IMG/VR virus record: IMGVR_UViG_2703718820_000012
Coordinates: 1-10,489 of that record
Strand: one strand, 5' to 3'
From: a virus
Lineage: Duplodnaviria; Heunggongvirae; Uroviricota; Caudoviricetes
DNA: 10,489 nt
In this document: positions 6,402 through 10,489 of the stretch, piece by piece
Numbering within the stretch: the stretch's first letter is position 1
Layout: the number at the start of each line of letters is the position of its first letter
Translations under genes and position numbers: made by a program
Notes under the pieces: model-generated
Told to the model about the DNA's origin: nothing
Database searches by the model: none
The model's input: only the letters and a program-made list of their open reading frames with translations

Positions 6402-6762
6402 AATTCCTCCAAGGGGTCTAATGGGTGAAACTTTATCACTCATTCAACCCAGAAGGAAATGTTTTATCTGGATATTTAAACAGTGACTACAACGTAATCT
6501 AGCACTGGTGATGCTTTGTTAGGCATAGAGAATCATTCTATATACGACTAATGACAGAAAAACAGCAGACAAGTAGTTTGTTCATAAATTAACGCATACT
6601 ATGTGTCTACGGTTTTCGAGACCGGTCCAATCATCAAACGAAACATAAAATTAGCTCACATTATGAGGAAAAGTATCTTTTTTGTACTATGTAAATTCAA
6701 AGGCTTAGCCTCATTTCTCCGATGGTTTTCTCAACACTACTGGTTGTGAGCCCTTGCAATGA

Positions 6763-7581
<819 letters not shown>

Positions 7582-7600
7582 GTCTTTAAGTGATAAGCAT

Positions 7601-7642
7601 AAACCGCAGCACGATCTTCTTCCATACGACGTGCTACGGTTT
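7601..7642. terminator. Long hairpin between the convergent GIY-YIG and invertase genes
   Basis: aaaccgcagcacg (7601-7613) pairs with cgtgctacggttt (7630-7642). The stem is 13 bp with one mismatch and the loop is 16 nt. It abuts the invertase stop codon. The T tracts are weak. Confidence 0.45.
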
Positions 7643-8196
7643 CATTTATCTCCGACCGGAAACTTCTTATACAGTGTCGATATACCAACATCATAGATGA
7701 TCGCCACCTTCTGGCGAGGAACGCCTGATGCAATTAATCGCCCGGCCTGCGCCCATTGTTCTGGTGTAAGTTTGGGACGACGTCCACCAATTCGTCCCTG
7801 TGCGCGAGCAGCTTCCAGTCCAGCTTTTGTTCGTTCAACAATCAGTTCTCGTTCCATTTCAGCCAGGGCACCCATCACATGAAAGAAAAAACGCCCCATC
7901 GGTGTGCTGGTATCAATAGCATCCGTCAGACTGCGAAAATTAACGCCACGTTCGCGCAACTCCTCAACCAGAATGACCAGATGCCGCATACTACGCCCCA
8001 GCCGATCCAGCTTCCAGACAACCAGAGTGTCACCTGCCGATAATGTCCTGAGCAGTTTTTTCAGTCCCGGCCTTTCGGACTTTGTACCGCTTATCTTGTC
8101 TTCAAAAATCAGCTCGCATCCTGCACAGTTCAGCGCATTACGTTGTAGATCTGTGTTCTGGTCATTTGTTGATACGCGTACATAGCCAATAAGCAT
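7642..8196 (-). CDS. pin: Serine-recombinase DNA invertase (Pin/Gin/Hin/Cin family)
   Basis: MLIGYVRVSTNDQNTDLQRNAL...VVWKLDRLGRS...MGRFFFHVMGALAEMERELIVERT...GRIGGRRPKL...IYDVGISTLYKK is the hallmark of this family. It includes the catalytic Ser in YVRVST and a C-terminal HTH. The true start is the ATG at 8196, giving 184 aa, the same length as e14 Pin. The ORF-track start at 8232 adds 12 unsupported residues. Confidence 0.93.
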   Translation of the reverse strand: MLIGYVRVSTNDQNTDLQRNALNCAGCELIFEDKISGTKSERPGLKKLLRTLSAGDTLVVWKLDRLGRSMRHLVILVEELRERGVNFRSLTDAIDTSTPMGRFFFHVMGALAEMERELIVERTKAGLEAARAQGRIGGRRPKLTPEQWAQAGRLIASGVPRQKVAIIYDVGISTLYKKFPVGDK

Positions 8197-8250
8197 GGTA
8201 GATCCCCCTGACAAAAGCAGGAATGATGCCATCTGCTCGTTATTTCTGCA

Positions 8251-8276
8251 TTTTCATAAACGTTGGTTTGGGAGAA
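8251..8276. promoter_or_regulatory. 26-bp invertase crossover site (pix/gix-like), invertase-proximal
   Basis: ttttcataaacg-tt-ggtttgggagaa is the reverse complement of TTCTCCCAAACC-AA-CGTTTATGAAAA. This matches the Din-family AAACC-NN-GGTTT core. It lies in inverted orientation to the site at 9782-9807 and shares its central AA/TT dinucleotide. Confidence 0.85.
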
Positions 8277-8630
8277 GCGGCAAAACGGAATGTAGGTAAC
8301 GGGCAAAACCAAATTCCGGATATGGCGGCGTTTGCCAGTTCACTTTCATCAACGGGTTTTCAAAAACTCCCTTCAGGTCTGATTATTCAGTGGGGTATTG
8401 TCAGTGGAGCATCAAACTATACGGTGACTTACCCGGTAACATTCCCAAATCGTTCACTTGCGCTGTTGGCTGTGCCACATACAACGTCGGTGGCTGGTAT
8501 ATCTGCAATGGGCATAGCGAACTGTTCTGATATCAGCAAATCACAGTTCTATATAATTGTTGGCGGTATATCTCAGGGAGAAATTGTCAAATATGAAAGG
8601 TCCTGTTTTTGGGTAGCAATCGGTGTATAG
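8265..8630 (+). CDS. Alternative tail-fibre C-terminal cassette (silent orientation, no start of its own)
   Basis: [23 protein letters not shown]... parallels [23 protein letters not shown]... of the expressed fibre, then diverges. After inversion it would be in frame with the constant part (9796-10489). The ORF-track portion 8223-8264 lies outside the segment and is spurious. Confidence 0.75.
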   Translation, partial: GLGEAAKRNVGNGQNQIPDMAAFASSLSSTGFQKLPSGLIIQWGIVSGASNYTVTYPVTFPNRSLALLAVPHTTSVAGISAMGIANCSDISKSQFYIIVGGISQGEIVKYERSCFWVAIGV

Positions 8631-8638
8631 GTATATCT

Positions 8639-9034
8639 ATGATTTATTTCTCAAAATCGACTAATGGTTTTTTCTTTGATGGTATAAACAGCGACATGCC
8701 TGCTGACATTGTTGAGATAAGTACAGACTTATACAATGAATTAATTGCCGGACAGCAGGAAGGGGGGAAATTAATCACGTCAGATGAAAATGGTTTACCG
8801 GTACTGAAATCTCCGGCGATTGATTATGTCGCACGTGCTGAAAATCAGCGAATGCAGTTACTTGCTCATGCCGATAATGTCACAGCTGACTGGCGGGTGG
8901 AATTAATGCTTGGTGATATCAGCAGTACAGATAAAGAAAAACTATCTGCCTGGATGGACTACAAAAAAGAAGTAAAAGCCGTCGACACTTCGACGGCTCC
9001 TGAGATTAGCTGGCCTGAGTTACCGGAGGTGTAG
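8639..9034 (+). CDS. tfa: Tail-fibre assembly protein (partner of the silent cassette)
   Basis: MIYFSKSTNGFFFDG...LYNELIAGQ...[30 protein letters not shown] follows the typical Tfa/U-family layout. It lies directly downstream of the fibre cassette. The start is placed at the ATG at 8639 rather than the ORF-track start at 8609. Confidence 0.8.
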   Translation: MIYFSKSTNGFFFDGINSDMPADIVEISTDLYNELIAGQQEGGKLITSDENGLPVLKSPAIDYVARAENQRMQLLAHADNVTADWRVELMLGDISSTDKEKLSAWMDYKKEVKAVDTSTAPEISWPELPEV

Positions 9035-9425
9035 GCCATTCAATATCTGGCGCACCGGAAGTATCGACCAGTTCCAGTGCGTCCAGGTAATCCAGCCACA
9101 AATTATATTGTGCCAGTTCCTCACCTTTCAGCCGGCCAATAGCCGCTTTACCAGGCCATTGTTTACTGTTCATATAATCGTTGGCCTGTTCAATAAGTAT
9201 ATTTTTCATTCCCTCCGCTTCAGCTATTTCCTGTTCATGTGTCTTCGCTGGATATTCAGTAAGTACAGGGTAGTTATCCGGGCTATTGATAATAATTTTC
9301 CCCGTACTCTGACCATTCATAAGTTCATAATAAAGAGCATCTTCAATATCGAAAGCATCATCGGGAATATCGCTGTTGTTTTCAGAGAAAAATCCCTGAA
9401 CAGATGGGGACCATTTCATTTTCAT
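9006..9425 (-). CDS. tfa: Tail-fibre assembly protein (partner of the expressed fibre)
   Basis: [15 protein letters not shown]...LYYELMNGQ...[28 protein letters not shown] is a paralogue of the 8639-9034 product. Its start overlaps the fibre stop (ATGA overlap at 9422-9425). Confidence 0.8.
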   Translation of the reverse strand: MKMKWSPSVQGFFSENNSDIPDDAFDIEDALYYELMNGQSTGKIIINSPDNYPVLTEYPAKTHEQEIAEAEGMKNILIEQANDYMNSKQWPGKAAIGRLKGEELAQYNLWLDYLDALELVDTSGAPDIEWPTPPVTQAS

Positions 9426-10489
9426 AATTTCCCAATTCCTAAAATATGGACATCATCAGCCTTACGGGCATTCCAGGTGACAATTACATCGGTAGAGTGA
9501 CGATTAACTGAGATTGCGTATGCTTCGTTAGTCGAGCCAGAAACTTTTGTGGCAAACACAGCAAACAGGACACCAAATGACTGGGGCCATTTATAGCCTG
9601 ACAGCTGATAATTACCATTATCCAGTGTTACAGCTTTGACTGCTGCACTTGATGGAATCGTCAGCCACTGGAGTATCAACCCTCCTGGCAAAAGTTGTTT
9701 TCCATAAAAATCCCTCACACCACTAAATGAAACCATATCCGGTATCTGATTTTCCCCTGTTCCCACGTCCCGTTTTGCCGCTTCTCCCAAACCAAGGTTT
9801 TCGAGAGCCGTTTGCACAGTGCCATCCGATTTGATATCGCCAAACGGATTCTTGCGGCTTAACAGCAGCGCACGAAGTGCGGTAAGCATCTGGTCATGCC
9901 GCCCTTTCTCCAGGCTGGCACCGGAGGCCTCCACCACGCTACAAAGTTCTTCCTGCAACATGTCAAAGTAGTCATCATCCAGATCGGTGGCAGGTGTGCC
10001 GGTCTGGGGGTTACCACGGGTATCCGGTTTGTCGGTGTTACTGCCCTGACCGTTCTCTCTGTGACGATGCCCGTTATAGGCAAGCCGCATCGCTGACATG
10101 GTGGTGCCGCCGGAGTCGCACAGGTCTTTCACCTGTCCGGTCACTTCCAGGTCCATTTCAAAACGTGCTTCAGGTGCATTGCGAAACGTGATCGTTTTAC
10201 CTGCACCGTCCACCACGATCCCCTCCCGGGTCAGCGTCACGGACTGCCCCTGATCGTCATAGACAGCCACCTCGCCCGTCTGCAGCCCTTTCAGGCGGTA
10301 GCGACGGTCCGACACCGTAACAACCACCGCATGAGAACGGTCGCCATCCGGAAACAACACCACCGCTTCCGCACCGCTGTTTGCCCTTGCGGTAAAACCG
10401 TAGGGTTCAAGATGTTCAACCCCGGCTTTGGGTTCACCGGCAATCAGGGACACATCCACGGTCTGTAGTGGCACACTAAATTTGGCCAC
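9422..10489 (-). CDS. Tail protein: Mu Gp45-like baseplate domain fused to an invertible tail-fibre C-terminus (5' end probably beyond the window)
   Basis: The N-terminal part [55 protein letters not shown]...YNGHRHRE resembles the Mu Gp45 / baseplate assembly V family. The C-terminal part [37 protein letters not shown]...[13 protein letters not shown] is tail-fibre-like and crosses the inversion site at 9794/9795. The frame is open to the window edge. Confidence 0.75.
   Translation of the reverse strand: MAKFSVPLQTVDVSLIAGEPKAGVEHLEPYGFTARANSGAEAVVLFPDGDRSHAVVVTVSDRRYRLKGLQTGEVAVYDDQGQSVTLTREGIVVDGAGKTITFRNAPEARFEMDLEVTGQVKDLCDSGGTTMSAMRLAYNGHRHRENGQGSNTDKPDTRGNPQTGTPATDLDDDYFDMLQEELCSVVEASGASLEKGRHDQMLTALRALLLSRKNPFGDIKSDGTVQTALENLGLGEAAKRDVGTGENQIPDMVSFSGVRDFYGKQLLPGGLILQWLTIPSSAAVKAVTLDNGNYQLSGYKWPQSFGVLFAVFATKVSGSTNEAYAISVNRHSTDVIVTWNARKADDVHILGIGKL
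9782..9807. promoter_or_regulatory. 26-bp invertase crossover site (pix/gix-like), within the fibre gene
   Basis: TTCTCCCAAACC-AA-GGTTTTCGAGAG is a near-palindromic Din-family site. It is inverted relative to 8251-8276 and sits at the constant/variable junction of the fibre ORF (codons LENLGLGE). Confidence 0.85.

Larger units (their letters stand above)
8265..9793. other. Invertible DNA segment (Mu G / P1 C / e14 P-like), about 1.53 kb
   Basis: It is bounded by the inverted 26-bp sites. The 24 nt inside each boundary are identical in inverted orientation (8265-8288 versus 9770-9793). It holds two alternative fibre C-termini and two tfa genes in mirror arrangement. Confidence 0.85.

Noticed and set aside
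6402-6443. Upstream ATG at 6443 ([14 protein letters not shown]...) as the methyltransferase start
   Set aside because: It has no RBS. The ATG at 6401 has GGAGG at ideal spacing and restores the canonical 477-aa length and Cys186 numbering.
8223-8264. The ATG at 8223 as a real start of the silent fibre cassette
   Set aside because: This part lies outside the invertible segment, overlaps the invertase upstream region and has no RBS. The cassette is expressed only by fusion after inversion.
7697-8312. ORFs 7697..7882, 7756..8043 and 7904..8185 (+) and 8130..8312 (-) over the invertase gene
   Set aside because: These are shadow or alternative-frame ORFs over a gene with unmistakable serine-recombinase motifs.
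9108-9500. Plus-strand ORF of 130 aa antisense to tfa and the fibre C-terminus
   Set aside because: It is a shadow ORF, and the minus-strand genes have clear family resemblance.
9859-10191. ORFs 9859..10083 (-), 9896..10096 (+) and 9994..10191 (+) within the Gp45-like/fibre gene
   Set aside because: These are alternative-frame ORFs in GC-rich coding DNA. They have a biased Arg/Pro/Cys composition and no signals.

Overview
The window is a mosaic accessory region of an enterobacterial genome, with three parts. Part 1 (1-3350) is the replication end of a P4-like satellite. It holds the 3' part of an alpha-type primase/helicase gene, its terminator, and a crr-like region: two ~125-bp direct repeats with a 179-bp period that carry exact TGTTCACC iterons. 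The last ~100 nt of the primase gene, its terminator and the first iterons occur twice (588-775 and 2893-3075, diverged copies). These copies bracket a visibly AT-rich ~2.1-kb insert with two convergent, 3'-overlapping genes: a HAD-IB (phosphoserine-phosphatase-like) hydrolase and a dUTPase/dCTP-deaminase-fold protein with a C-terminal transmembrane helix and coiled coil. I do not recognise this pair as a named system, and it is my best candidate for an undescribed anti-phage or nucleotide-targeting module. Part 2 (3400-7600) is cargo. It holds an orphan intrinsic terminator (possible sRNA), a complete convergent EcoRII-type restriction-modification pair (404-aa endonuclease, 477-aa Dcm-type C5 methyltransferase), and an uncharacterised 257-aa protein with an N-terminal GIY-YIG nuclease motif. 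Part 3 (7640-10489) is an e14/Mu-like tail-fibre DNA-inversion switch. It has a Pin/Gin-family serine invertase, two inverted 26-bp crossover sites, and a ~1.5-kb invertible segment with two alternative fibre C-termini and two tail-fibre assembly genes. The expressed gene looks like a fusion of a Mu Gp45-like baseplate domain to the fibre C-terminus. All homology statements are by-eye recognition of motifs and need database confirmation.
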